DNA from: an uncultured delta proteobacterium
Lineage (GTDB): Bacteria; Myxococcota_A; Polyangia; Polyangiales; JAFGIB01
Direction: 5' to 3'
DNA length: 64,000 nt
NCBI GenBank assembly: GCA_963778655.1
Contig: CAVZVA010000010.1
Coordinates: forward strand, 640,001-704,000
The notes under the pieces were generated by a model. That model saw only the letters and a list, made by a program, of their open reading frames with translations. It was not told the DNA's origin and did not search any database. A program made the translations under genes and the position numbers. Positions within the stretch are counted from its first letter, which is position 1, and each line of letters opens with the position of its first letter. Shown here in pieces: positions 21,070 to 29,778 of the stretch.

Positions 21070-22395
21070 TTGAGCGAGCCCAGCGCATTCAACGCCGACA
21101 GTGCTTCGCAAAGCACCCGTCCCTCTCGCTTCCCGCCCGAGCCGAGCTTGTTCTTGGTCGCCGTGCAGCAGCAGCTGGAGCGCTCCGCGCGCCTGGCTCG
21201 GCTGCCCGATCACGTCAGCGCAATCCTCGCGCAGCCCAAGAACGAGCTGATCGTGAATTTCCCGGTGCGCATGGACGACGGCGGCTTTCGCGTGTTCAAG
21301 GGCTACCGCATCCAGCACAACAACCTGCTCGGCCCCTACAAGGGCGGCCTGCGCTTCCACGAGGACACGCGTCTGGACGACCTCAAAGCGCTAGCCATGA
21401 ACATGACGTTCAAGTGCGCGCTGATGGACTTGCCTTTCGGCGGCGCCAAGGGCGGGGTGAAGTGCGACACGCACAAGCTCTCGTCCGATGAGCTGATGCG
21501 GGTGTCGCGCCGCTTCACCCACGCGCTCGGCGCAAACATCGGACCGGAGTACGACATCCCCGCGCCCGACGTCGGCACCGACTCTCAGGTCATGGTGTGG
21601 ATCATGGACACCTACATGAATTCCGCCGGCTACACCGAGCGCAGCGCCCAGCAGCGCGTGGTCACGGGCAAGACGCTCGAATGCGGCGGCAGCGTCGGCC
21701 GTGACAAGGCGACCGGCCAGGGCCTGGTGCACTGCTTGATCGAGTGGGCGCGCGACCACGATTGCGATCTGGAAGGCAAGAGCGCGCTAGTTCAGGGCTA
21801 CGGTAAGGTCGGCTCTCACGCCTCGATGATCCTCTCGCGCCTGGGCGTCTCGATCGTCGGCGTGGGCGATCACACCGGCTACCGCCTCAATCCCGAAGGC
21901 TTCAACGCCCACCGCCTCGCCGAGTACGTCAAGAAGCACGGCTCGCTCCAGGGCTACGAGGGTGGAGAGGCCTGCTCGCGTGCGGACTTCTTCGCCGCCA
22001 AGGCCGACTTCCTGATCCCGGCCGCGCTGCAGAGCCAAATCGGCGAGGGCGAGGCCAAGGTGATCAGCGCGCGCGTGATCCTGGAGGGCGCCAACGGTCC
22101 GGTGATGGCCGATGGGGAGGCCGTGCTGCGCGATCGCGGCATCGACATCGTCCCCGACATCCTGGCCAACGCCGGCGGGGTCACGGTCAGCTACTACGAA
22201 TGGGTGCAGAACGGCCGCCAGGAGAGTTGGGAGCTGGACGAGGTCGACGCTCGACTGGAGAAGGCGATGCGCCGCGCGTACCGTCGCGCCGTCGAGTTTG
22301 CGCGCGAGCACGAATGCTCGCTGCGCGATGCCGCCTACGGCCTGGCGTTGAACCGCCTCGCCGTGGTCTACAAGCAACGCCAGATCTTCCCTTGA
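21070..22395 (+). CDS. gdhA: Glu/Leu/Phe/Val dehydrogenase (glutamate dehydrogenase)
   Basis: [40 protein letters not shown] and [15 protein letters not shown] start chosen after GAGGTG. Confidence 0.9.
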   Translation: MSEPSAFNADSASQSTRPSRFPPEPSLFLVAVQQQLERSARLARLPDHVSAILAQPKNELIVNFPVRMDDGGFRVFKGYRIQHNNLLGPYKGGLRFHEDTRLDDLKALAMNMTFKCALMDLPFGGAKGGVKCDTHKLSSDELMRVSRRFTHALGANIGPEYDIPAPDVGTDSQVMVWIMDTYMNSAGYTERSAQQRVVTGKTLECGGSVGRDKATGQGLVHCLIEWARDHDCDLEGKSALVQGYGKVGSHASMILSRLGVSIVGVGDHTGYRLNPEGFNAHRLAEYVKKHGSLQGYEGGEACSRADFFAAKADFLIPAALQSQIGEGEAKVISARVILEGANGPVMADGEAVLRDRGIDIVPDILANAGGVTVSYYEWVQNGRQESWELDEVDARLEKAMRRAYRRAVEFAREHECSLRDAAYGLALNRLAVVYKQRQIFP

Positions 22396-22667
22396 GCCCG
22401 GCGCTCGCGGCGGGCACCGCCACCTGAATCGCGCCCCGACCCCGGCGTCGAAGCGGCGTGGTCGCCGCTGGTCTCTGGCAGGGCCCGTCGGCGCGGGCAG
22501 GCGCGCTGCGCAGGGGCCGTCCCAGGCTCCTGCGCGGCTGGGTCAAGCGCCTCGAAGCCTCGCGCATTCGCCCTCTTGCGGAGCGCGGCAGCCGCCGCAC
22601 CCTGGTTGGGCGCAAACGCTTCGCGTTCCCGAATCGTGATCAGCCATGTAGTCTCGGCGCCGTGGAA

Positions 22668-24485
22668 ATGCTGCGCATCACGGGCCTCAGCGCGCTGCTT
22701 TCCGTGCTCGTGGCGCTGAGCACCCGCAGCGCGGCCGCGCAGCCGAGCGCCGCTGCACCCGCCGCACCCGTCGAACCGGCGCGCGCGCCCGACGCGGCCC
22801 AAGCGCCCCCCGCCCCGCCCGAGCCGAGCCCGCCCCCACCGGCCGCGCGCACCTCCGCGAGCGTGCCGCCGCCGACCGCCGGCACCGCACCGGCTGAGCC
22901 GGCACCCGCCCCAGCGGCGTCCCCCGCGGCCGAGGCCACCGCGCCTGCGCCCGCCGCGGCCGCGACCCTCGCACCCGCCGCGCCAGCACCCGCCGTGGCC
23001 GAGCCTGCAGCCGGCACATCCGCCGCCGCGCTCCCGGCGGCGGCCGCGGCCGCTTCCAGCAAAGCCGCCAGCAATCGCATCGTCTACGTGCTCGAGCGCA
23101 TCGTGGTCGAAGGCAACACCACGCGGGCGTCGGTGATCCGCCGTTTCGTGCCTCTGCATCCGGGCGACCCGCTCGACGTCGACGACCCCGCGATCGAGCA
23201 GATCCGCTTCCGCCTGATGGGCACCGGCTGGTTCGACGAGGTTCACCTGCGACTGCAGCGCGGCAGCCGGCATGGCCACGTCGTGCTCGTCGTGCAGGTG
23301 GTGGAGCGCAACACGCTGGTCATCTCGCGCGTGGTCGCGGGCCTGTCCAGAGTGGTCAAGCGCAGCACCAGCAGCAAGGACACGCTGCAGCCCTATGCCG
23401 GCCTCGGCCTGACCGAGAGCAACTTGCTCGGGCTCGGCATCGGGGTCGGCGCCAGCGCGGTGGTGAGCAACTCCCAGTTCGGCTTCGACCTGCGCTATCA
23501 CGACTCCATGCTGTTCGGGTCGAGCTTCGATCTGAGCGGCCGCGCGTTCTACAACCACGCGCGCGAGTACTTCGGCCGCCACCCGCTGGTGACCATCGAC
23601 TGCCCCGTCCCCGACCCGGTCAATCCCCAGCCGTGCGATCCGGACGTGCTCGCCAAGCGAGCGGTGGTGATCTACAACCGCGGCGGCTTCGGCTTCGGAA
23701 CCGGTCACGACATCACCAGCGCGCTGCGCTACGAGGTCGACTGGCTCGGCGAGCTCGTGGACGTCTCGGCCAAACCGCAAGCGGCCCGCAGCTTGTACGG
23801 CGCGCAGAACCAAGAGCATGTGCCGATCGACTTCCACATCGACGACGGCGTGAGCCGCGTCTCGAGCCTGCACCTGGGCCTGATCCTCGACCGTCGCGAC
23901 GATCCCGCGCTGCCATCGCAGGGACAGCTGCTGCGGCTCGACGCGCGCATCGGCTCCGGCCTGATCGGCAGCACCTACGACTTCGCTCGGCTCGAGGCCA
24001 GCTTCCGGCACTACCAACCCCTGCCCTGGCACCACGTCATCAGCCTGGGTGCGTACCTGGGCACGGTCTTCGGGCGGGCGCCGTTCTTCTATCTGTTCTA
24101 CGCCGCCGACCTTAGCGACCTGTTGCCCTCGCGCGCGCTCGAGCTCAACCTCGACAACCGCCGCACCCACAACCTGCTCGACACCAGCATCCGCGAGTTC
24201 GACAAGGAAGACCTCGCGTCGCGGCTCGACTTCGAATACGACCTGCCATTGCACCGCGGCAGCGGTGACATTCGCGCGGTGCACGCGTATGCCGGCGCCG
24301 GCGTGTTCCTGCTGGCGGACCGCAGCTCGCTGCGGCTCGGGATCCCCGGCTACAGCGGGCTCTCGCGCATCCCCGTGGACCTCACCTTCGACCTCGGGGT
24401 GCAGGCCGATACGGTGATCGGCGTGTTCAAGGTCGGCTTCTCCAGCTTGATCGGCTTCCTCCCCGATCTCGGACCGGGCCAGTGA
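22668..24485 (+). CDS. Omp85/BamA-TamA family outer-membrane protein with Pro/Ala linker and a single POTRA domain
   Basis: Signal peptide, long PA-rich linker, IVVEGNTTRASVIRR..GWFDEV..VVE POTRA, ESNLLGLG and DRRDDPALPSQG barrel motifs. Confidence 0.78.
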   Translation: MLRITGLSALLSVLVALSTRSAAAQPSAAAPAAPVEPARAPDAAQAPPAPPEPSPPPPAARTSASVPPPTAGTAPAEPAPAPAASPAAEATAPAPAAAATLAPAAPAPAVAEPAAGTSAAALPAAAAAASSKAASNRIVYVLERIVVEGNTTRASVIRRFVPLHPGDPLDVDDPAIEQIRFRLMGTGWFDEVHLRLQRGSRHGHVVLVVQVVERNTLVISRVVAGLSRVVKRSTSSKDTLQPYAGLGLTESNLLGLGIGVGASAVVSNSQFGFDLRYHDSMLFGSSFDLSGRAFYNHAREYFGRHPLVTIDCPVPDPVNPQPCDPDVLAKRAVVIYNRGGFGFGTGHDITSALRYEVDWLGELVDVSAKPQAARSLYGAQNQEHVPIDFHIDDGVSRVSSLHLGLILDRRDDPALPSQGQLLRLDARIGSGLIGSTYDFARLEASFRHYQPLPWHHVISLGAYLGTVFGRAPFFYLFYAADLSDLLPSRALELNLDNRRTHNLLDTSIREFDKEDLASRLDFEYDLPLHRGSGDIRAVHAYAGAGVFLLADRSSLRLGIPGYSGLSRIPVDLTFDLGVQADTVIGVFKVGFSSLIGFLPDLGPGQ

Positions 24486-25126
24486 TCCACGCGCTGCGTC
24501 GCCTGGCCCTGCTGTTCGCGCTGCTGCTGGCCGCCCAGGCCGTGCGCGCGGACCCACCGGTGGCGCTGCGCGCGATGCGCGTCCGCTGGTCCGGCCAGGT
24601 TCCGCACGTGAGCTTCGAAACCGCCGACTTCGTCGACGCCAACGTGGCCGACAAGCTCGGCAGCGGGTTGCCGCAACGCATCGTCACCCGTGTCTACGCC
24701 TATCCGGAGCGGGGCGAGCAGCCGATCACCGTATCCGTGCTCTCCTGCCGCGTGGTCTACGACCTGTGGGAGGGCGTCTACCGTGTCCAGGCCCAGAGCG
24801 ACACCAGCGATCGCGCCCTGTCCGCCCCCGACTTGCCCGCAGTGGTCCGCAGCTGCCTGGACGTACGCGGACTGGCGCTCGGGGACGCCAAGACGTTCGA
24901 GCACCTGCGCGGCCGGCGCGTCTACTTCGCGGCGCTGATCGAGCTCAACCCGCTCTCGCCGGACACCGTGCAGCGCATCCGCCGCTGGCTCAGCAAGTCG
25001 GGCGGCGGCCAGCTGCGCGGGGATGCCTTCTTCGGTTCGTTCGTGAGCATCTTCGTGAGCCGGCGCATGGGCTCCGCCGAGCACAGCCTGGCCTTTCGCT
25101 CCCCGCTGTTCAGCGTCCCGCCATGA
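24482..25126 (+). CDS. DUF4390-like exported protein
   Basis: Signal peptide (AQAVRA), LGSGLPQRI..VVYDLWEGVYRV, and position directly before an NtrY-like kinase. Confidence 0.65.
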   Translation: MIHALRRLALLFALLLAAQAVRADPPVALRAMRVRWSGQVPHVSFETADFVDANVADKLGSGLPQRIVTRVYAYPERGEQPITVSVLSCRVVYDLWEGVYRVQAQSDTSDRALSAPDLPAVVRSCLDVRGLALGDAKTFEHLRGRRVYFAALIELNPLSPDTVQRIRRWLSKSGGGQLRGDAFFGSFVSIFVSRRMGSAEHSLAFRSPLFSVPP

Positions 25127-26634
25127 GACTCAGTCGCTTCGAACGCAAGATTCTGCTCGCCATCGCAGCGGTCGCCTTCGTCCCGTTGCTGGGCGCGCTC
25201 TTGCTCGGCCAGCGCGCGTTGCGCGAGGCCTACGAGGTGGGCGTCAACCCGCGCGTACGCCGCGAGCTCGAGAAGGACCTCGAGCTCTATCGCGAGCACT
25301 TCGCGCTGCTCAAGGGCAGCGCCAATCAGCTCGCCGACGCGCTGGCCGCGGACTACACGCTGTGCACTGCGGTCGGGGCAGGCGACAGCGGGGCCGCGCG
25401 CGCCAGACTCGAGCAGCTGCTCTCGCGCTACCCGACGCTGGCGCGCGTGCGCTTGCTCTCGTCCCACGGCGACGAGCTGATCCACGTCGAGCGCGCGGAG
25501 CGGCTCGGGCCCACCCAGCGGCTGCTCCAGCTTCAACGCGCGCTTGCCGGTCCACCGAAGGGACCACAACTGCAGGTAACCGTGGCCGCGCCCAACGCGC
25601 CGTTCACGGCGTATCAGCGCGCCGGCGAGCTGGTCGAGGTGTTCTCGCGGCTGCAGAGCTCGACCGCGCTCGTCTCCAGCTTCTACCTGGTGGTGTACAT
25701 GGCCTTTCTGCTCAGCGTGATCGTGGCCGCGCTGGCGGTCGGCGTCACGCTCTCGCGACGGGTCACGCGGCGCGTGGCGCTGGTGGCCGAGGCCACGGAA
25801 CGGGTGGGCGCCGGCGACCTCGACGTGCAGGTCCCGAGCGAGGTCGACGACGAGATCGGCGACCTCACCAAGGCGTTCAACGCCATGGTGCAGGACCTGC
25901 GGGAATCGCGCGGCCGCATCGAGTATTTGCAGCGAATCAGCGCCTGGCAGGACTTCGCGCGGCGGCTGGCGCACGAGATCAAGAATCCGCTGACCCCGAT
26001 CCAGCTCGCGGTGCAGGAAGTGCACCGCAGCTACCGCGGCGACGACGCGGTCTATCGCACCCGGCTCGACGACGCGCTGGCGATCGTCGAAGAGGAGGTG
26101 GCCACGCTGCGCCGGCTGGTCGGCGAGTTCAGCGCCTTCGCCAAGCTGCCGCAGGCGAGCCTGGAGCCGGCCGACCTGGGCGAGCTGCTCCGCGAGATGG
26201 CGCGCCCGTTGCAGAGCCTGCCCGACGAGCTGCCGGGCGCGGCGGGGGTGCGCGTGGAGTGCGACGCCGGCTCGGCCGAGCTGCCGGTGCGAATCGACGC
26301 GATGATGCTGCGGCGCGCCATCGACAACTTGGTTCGCAACGCGGTTCAGGCGGTCGCCTCCGGCAGCGCGCCGGGCGGCGGGGTGGTGCGCGTGGTGGCG
26401 CGACGCGAGGATCGCGAGGCCGTGCTCGAGGTGCTGGACAGCGGGCCGGGCGTGCCCCCGGAGCTGCGCATGCGCGTGTTCGACCCGTACTACACCAACA
26501 AGAGCGACGGCACCGGGCTGGGCCTGGCGATCGTCAAGAAGGTGGTACTGGAGCATCAGGGCGAGATCGCCTGCACCGCCGGCACCCTGGGCGGAGCCGC
26601 GTTCATCATTCGCCTGCCGCTGCGGAGCTCGTAA
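25123..26634 (+). CDS. HAMP-domain sensor histidine kinase (NtrY-like)
   Basis: Two TM segments, HAMP DEIGDLTKAFNAM, AWQDFARRLAHEIKNPLTPI, NLVRNA, DSGPG and GTGLGL. Confidence 0.92.
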   Translation: MRLSRFERKILLAIAAVAFVPLLGALLLGQRALREAYEVGVNPRVRRELEKDLELYREHFALLKGSANQLADALAADYTLCTAVGAGDSGAARARLEQLLSRYPTLARVRLLSSHGDELIHVERAERLGPTQRLLQLQRALAGPPKGPQLQVTVAAPNAPFTAYQRAGELVEVFSRLQSSTALVSSFYLVVYMAFLLSVIVAALAVGVTLSRRVTRRVALVAEATERVGAGDLDVQVPSEVDDEIGDLTKAFNAMVQDLRESRGRIEYLQRISAWQDFARRLAHEIKNPLTPIQLAVQEVHRSYRGDDAVYRTRLDDALAIVEEEVATLRRLVGEFSAFAKLPQASLEPADLGELLREMARPLQSLPDELPGAAGVRVECDAGSAELPVRIDAMMLRRAIDNLVRNAVQAVASGSAPGGGVVRVVARREDREAVLEVLDSGPGVPPELRMRVFDPYYTNKSDGTGLGLAIVKKVVLEHQGEIACTAGTLGGAAFIIRLPLRSS

Positions 26635-26701
26635 CGACGCCATACCCGGGCCCTGCGATGACCGCATAAACTCATTGAATTTCATCGTGTTAGATGGTAT
26701 T

Positions 26702-26731
26702 TTGACGACCCGGACGTAATCTTGCTAGCGT
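26702..26731 (+). promoter_or_regulatory. Possible sigma70-type promoter of the Fic gene
   Basis: TTGACG-18 nt-TAGCGT with an extended -10 TG, preceded by an AT-rich tract. Confidence 0.4.
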
Positions 26732-26775
26732 GCGAACCGCCCCCCTGAGCCGGCGGTCTTCCAAGGGAGCGCTGC

Positions 26776-27552
26776 TTGCTACGGGTCAAACCCGGAACCA
26801 TTGAAGAAAAAGTCCAGAGGCTACGGGAGCTCGAGGCCCAGGCCAGCCCGGAGCAGCTCGCCGAGTACAATTTCCACTTCGACATGTCGTGGATTCACCA
26901 CGACAACGCACTCGAAGGGGTGGTCTACGAGCCGAACGAGCTGATCACGGCGCTGCAGGAAGCTGCGCCGGGTGAAGGCGCCGTGGTGCCCGTCTACGAC
27001 GAGATCCGCCAGTACAAGGCTGCGATCACGTTGATACGGGACCTCGCGACCAAGAAGAAGCAGGAGATTACTCTCGATACTATCAAGGCGATCTACACGA
27101 CCCTCGCCCCGGAGGAGGCCGAGGGTAAAGGGCCACCCAAGTATCGCAAGGACGTGCCGCTGCACCGGGTCTACTTCCACGAGATCGCCCCGCCGGACAA
27201 GATCCCCCAGCGCATGAGGAATCTGCTGCACTGGCTGACCGCCGAGAGTACCAAGCGCACCACTCATCCCACGCGTATCGCCGGTCGCGCTCACTATCAA
27301 TTCTTACACATTTTCCCCTTCCCGAAGCACAGCGGAAAGGTTGCGCGGCTGTTGATGAACTTGATTCTGCTGCGGGAAGGGTATCCTCCTGCTATCCTCC
27401 ATGCTACCGACCGCCAGCGTTACTACGATGCGCTGAAGACCTCGTCGGATGCGGTGGCCGCGCTGATCAACGAAGCGCTGGACAACGCGGTGGACAGCGC
27501 CATCCGTTACTGGCACCGCGTGCTCGGCATCGTCGAGGACGAGACCGAATAG
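26776..27552 (+). CDS. Fic-family protein with non-canonical active-site motif
   Basis: SWIHHDNALEG, YRK, AHYQFLHIFPFPKHSGKVARLLMNLILLREGYPP and RYYDAL. Confidence 0.82.
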   Translation: MLRVKPGTIEEKVQRLRELEAQASPEQLAEYNFHFDMSWIHHDNALEGVVYEPNELITALQEAAPGEGAVVPVYDEIRQYKAAITLIRDLATKKKQEITLDTIKAIYTTLAPEEAEGKGPPKYRKDVPLHRVYFHEIAPPDKIPQRMRNLLHWLTAESTKRTTHPTRIAGRAHYQFLHIFPFPKHSGKVARLLMNLILLREGYPPAILHATDRQRYYDALKTSSDAVAALINEALDNAVDSAIRYWHRVLGIVEDETE

Positions 27553-27559
27553 CCAAGCG

Positions 27560-29509
27560 TCACTGCACGCCGGGCACGGGGGGAATCTTGAACTCGTCCC
27601 AGGCCGGCGTGAGGTTGCTGGTGCTCGGATCCTGGTTCCACAGGTACAGCGCCGGATAGGTGATCAGCGTCCCGGTCGCCTCATCGCGCACCACCGCGGT
27701 CACGTAGAGCTGCGAAGAGCGCCGGTCCTGTGGGCTGTACTGGGTCGCCGGCAGCTGGAACTGGCCTGGATAGGAGCGCGCCGACGAGAAGATCACCCAG
27801 TAGTACGTGCGCTTGCCGAACTCTGCGTTGCCGCTCATCGTCACGCGCGCGACCTGAGGCGACCACTTGGGCCAGCTGTTGATCAGGCCCGGGCTGGTGT
27901 CGCCGCTGCAGGCGGGCGGATCGTTGGCCGCCAGGCGAACCGCTTTGCCCCCGTCGGATGGAATCACGTAGATCTCGCCATCAGGACGATAGTAGAGCGG
28001 GCCGCCGTCGGGGTGATCGACGCGCGTGAAAGCGACCAGGCTGTCGTCGGCCGAGAACGCCGGGTAATACTCCGCGATGCCCGGCTCCGCTGCGCCCTGC
28101 AGATCCTGCACCGCGCCGCCCTGGCGGTCGTTATAGGGCACGATGTGCAGGTCGGCTTCGTGGCCCGCGGAGAGCCTGCCGTCCTGGGTGGCTTCGGCGG
28201 AGGTGTAGACGATGCGCGTGCCGTCGTGGCTGAAGCTCGGCGTGGCCGCCGAGCGCATTTCGCCCTGCAACTGTAGCAGACCGAACGCGCGGCCTTCCTG
28301 CGCCTGGATCTCTTGGTTGAGCTGCTGCTGCACGTCACCCTTGGTCTGATCGGTGCTGAAGGTGGCCTGCGTCTCCAGGTCGATCCAGGCCAGCACGTCA
28401 CCGTGACTCGGATAGGGCGGCGAATCCGAGAAGCCCACTCCGCCCTGTCCTTGGTTGCGCGGCGAATAGGATGTGACGACCACGCGATCGCCGGGTTGAA
28501 AGTGCGCAGCCGAGAACGTCTGCATGCCTAGCCATGGCTGGTTGAGCAGGCGCTCGGCGCCCGGCGTCAGGTAGTCGGGCGCGCTGCCCACGCTCGAAGC
28601 CTCGACCGAGGCCAGCACGCCGTTCCAGGGCCAGTGGTCGGTGAACGCGACCGCGGCGCCATCCGGGGTCGAGACGTGGCAGCCGATGCACTCGACGTGG
28701 CCCGCCGGCACCCCGTGCGGATCGTCGTAGGTGCCACGCAGGTCGCGGCCGCCCTCGGCCAACACGCCGCGATCGCCCACCTCCGGCACGGTGAGCGCGT
28801 CGATCACGCCTTCGTCGCCCACGTCGAAGCCCACCAGCTTGCTGGTGTCGGGGGCGACCTCCGACGAGGTGGTGGCCCAGTAGACCATCTTGCCGCGCGC
28901 CTCCACCGGCGCGATCCCGAATGTGCCGCGCGTGCCCGACGGGCGCTTGGGCGATGCGGCGTCGAGGCCGCGGATGGTCACGGTGATGTCCGCGCCCGCG
29001 CCGTGGCGCGCGAGCGCCAGCCAGATGTCTCGCGGCAGCGTCCAGGTGGTGTCCGTGGTGTATGCCACCAGGTCGTTGGCCTGCCCTAGCGCCGACAGCC
29101 GGATCTCCCACAGGTTCTCGCCGGTCAGCGCCAGGAAACGAAAGCGCGGGCGCAGCCAGTTCTTCGGCAGCAGCGCCCCGGGCAGCTTGTCGGTCGAGAG
29201 CTGCGGCTCGAGCACGCACGCGCCCGGCGTGTCGAAGTCGTCGGGGCCGCCGAACAGCTCCGGCGCGTTGGTCGGCGCGCCCGCCTCGAAGATCGGCGCT
29301 GCGGGAAAGTCCTGACACGGCCCGTTGCAGCCCTCCGGCATCGTGCCGTTCGCCGCCTGCGGCTGTGTGGCGCCGTTGGGAATCAGCGGGCCGTTGCTCC
29401 CGCTGCCGGCGGAGCCACCCGAGTCGTCCCTCGAGCTTCCCGCCGCGCCCGCCGCGCAGCCGCTGGCGAGTAGCAACGCCACCGCCCCGATTCGCAGTCG
29501 AATGGACAC
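27560..29509 (-). CDS. TolB/PD40 beta-propeller lipoprotein with a CxxCH motif
   Basis: Lipobox LASGC; repeats PSFSHDGTRIVY, PAFSADDSLVAF and NSWPKWSP; CIGCH. Confidence 0.78.
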   Translation of the reverse strand: MSIRLRIGAVALLLASGCAAGAAGSSRDDSGGSAGSGSNGPLIPNGATQPQAANGTMPEGCNGPCQDFPAAPIFEAGAPTNAPELFGGPDDFDTPGACVLEPQLSTDKLPGALLPKNWLRPRFRFLALTGENLWEIRLSALGQANDLVAYTTDTTWTLPRDIWLALARHGAGADITVTIRGLDAASPKRPSGTRGTFGIAPVEARGKMVYWATTSSEVAPDTSKLVGFDVGDEGVIDALTVPEVGDRGVLAEGGRDLRGTYDDPHGVPAGHVECIGCHVSTPDGAAVAFTDHWPWNGVLASVEASSVGSAPDYLTPGAERLLNQPWLGMQTFSAAHFQPGDRVVVTSYSPRNQGQGGVGFSDSPPYPSHGDVLAWIDLETQATFSTDQTKGDVQQQLNQEIQAQEGRAFGLLQLQGEMRSAATPSFSHDGTRIVYTSAEATQDGRLSAGHEADLHIVPYNDRQGGAVQDLQGAAEPGIAEYYPAFSADDSLVAFTRVDHPDGGPLYYRPDGEIYVIPSDGGKAVRLAANDPPACSGDTSPGLINSWPKWSPQVARVTMSGNAEFGKRTYYWVIFSSARSYPGQFQLPATQYSPQDRRSSQLYVTAVVRDEATGTLITYPALYLWNQDPSTSNLTPAWDEFKIPPVPGVQ

Positions 29510-29778
29510 GTGGCCTGTGCTCCTTCCGCAGGGAGCAGTAGGGGGTGCGCCGCGGATCGGGTCACGGCGGGGCTCGCGCGCGCCTCGAGGCAAGCTGCGC
29601 GTAGCCCCGCGGATCGCGCGCCTGGTGCCGGGACGCCAGTGCGCGCGCCCTGGCCCGCCCCACGCCCCGACCGCCTGTGCGTTTTCACACACCCGCCGGA
29701 AGATGGGGCCCTGAACCCGGCCCCGGCCGGCCGGTCCGGACCGTCGATCGCAATAACCATTGGTGCGACCATCGTCTT

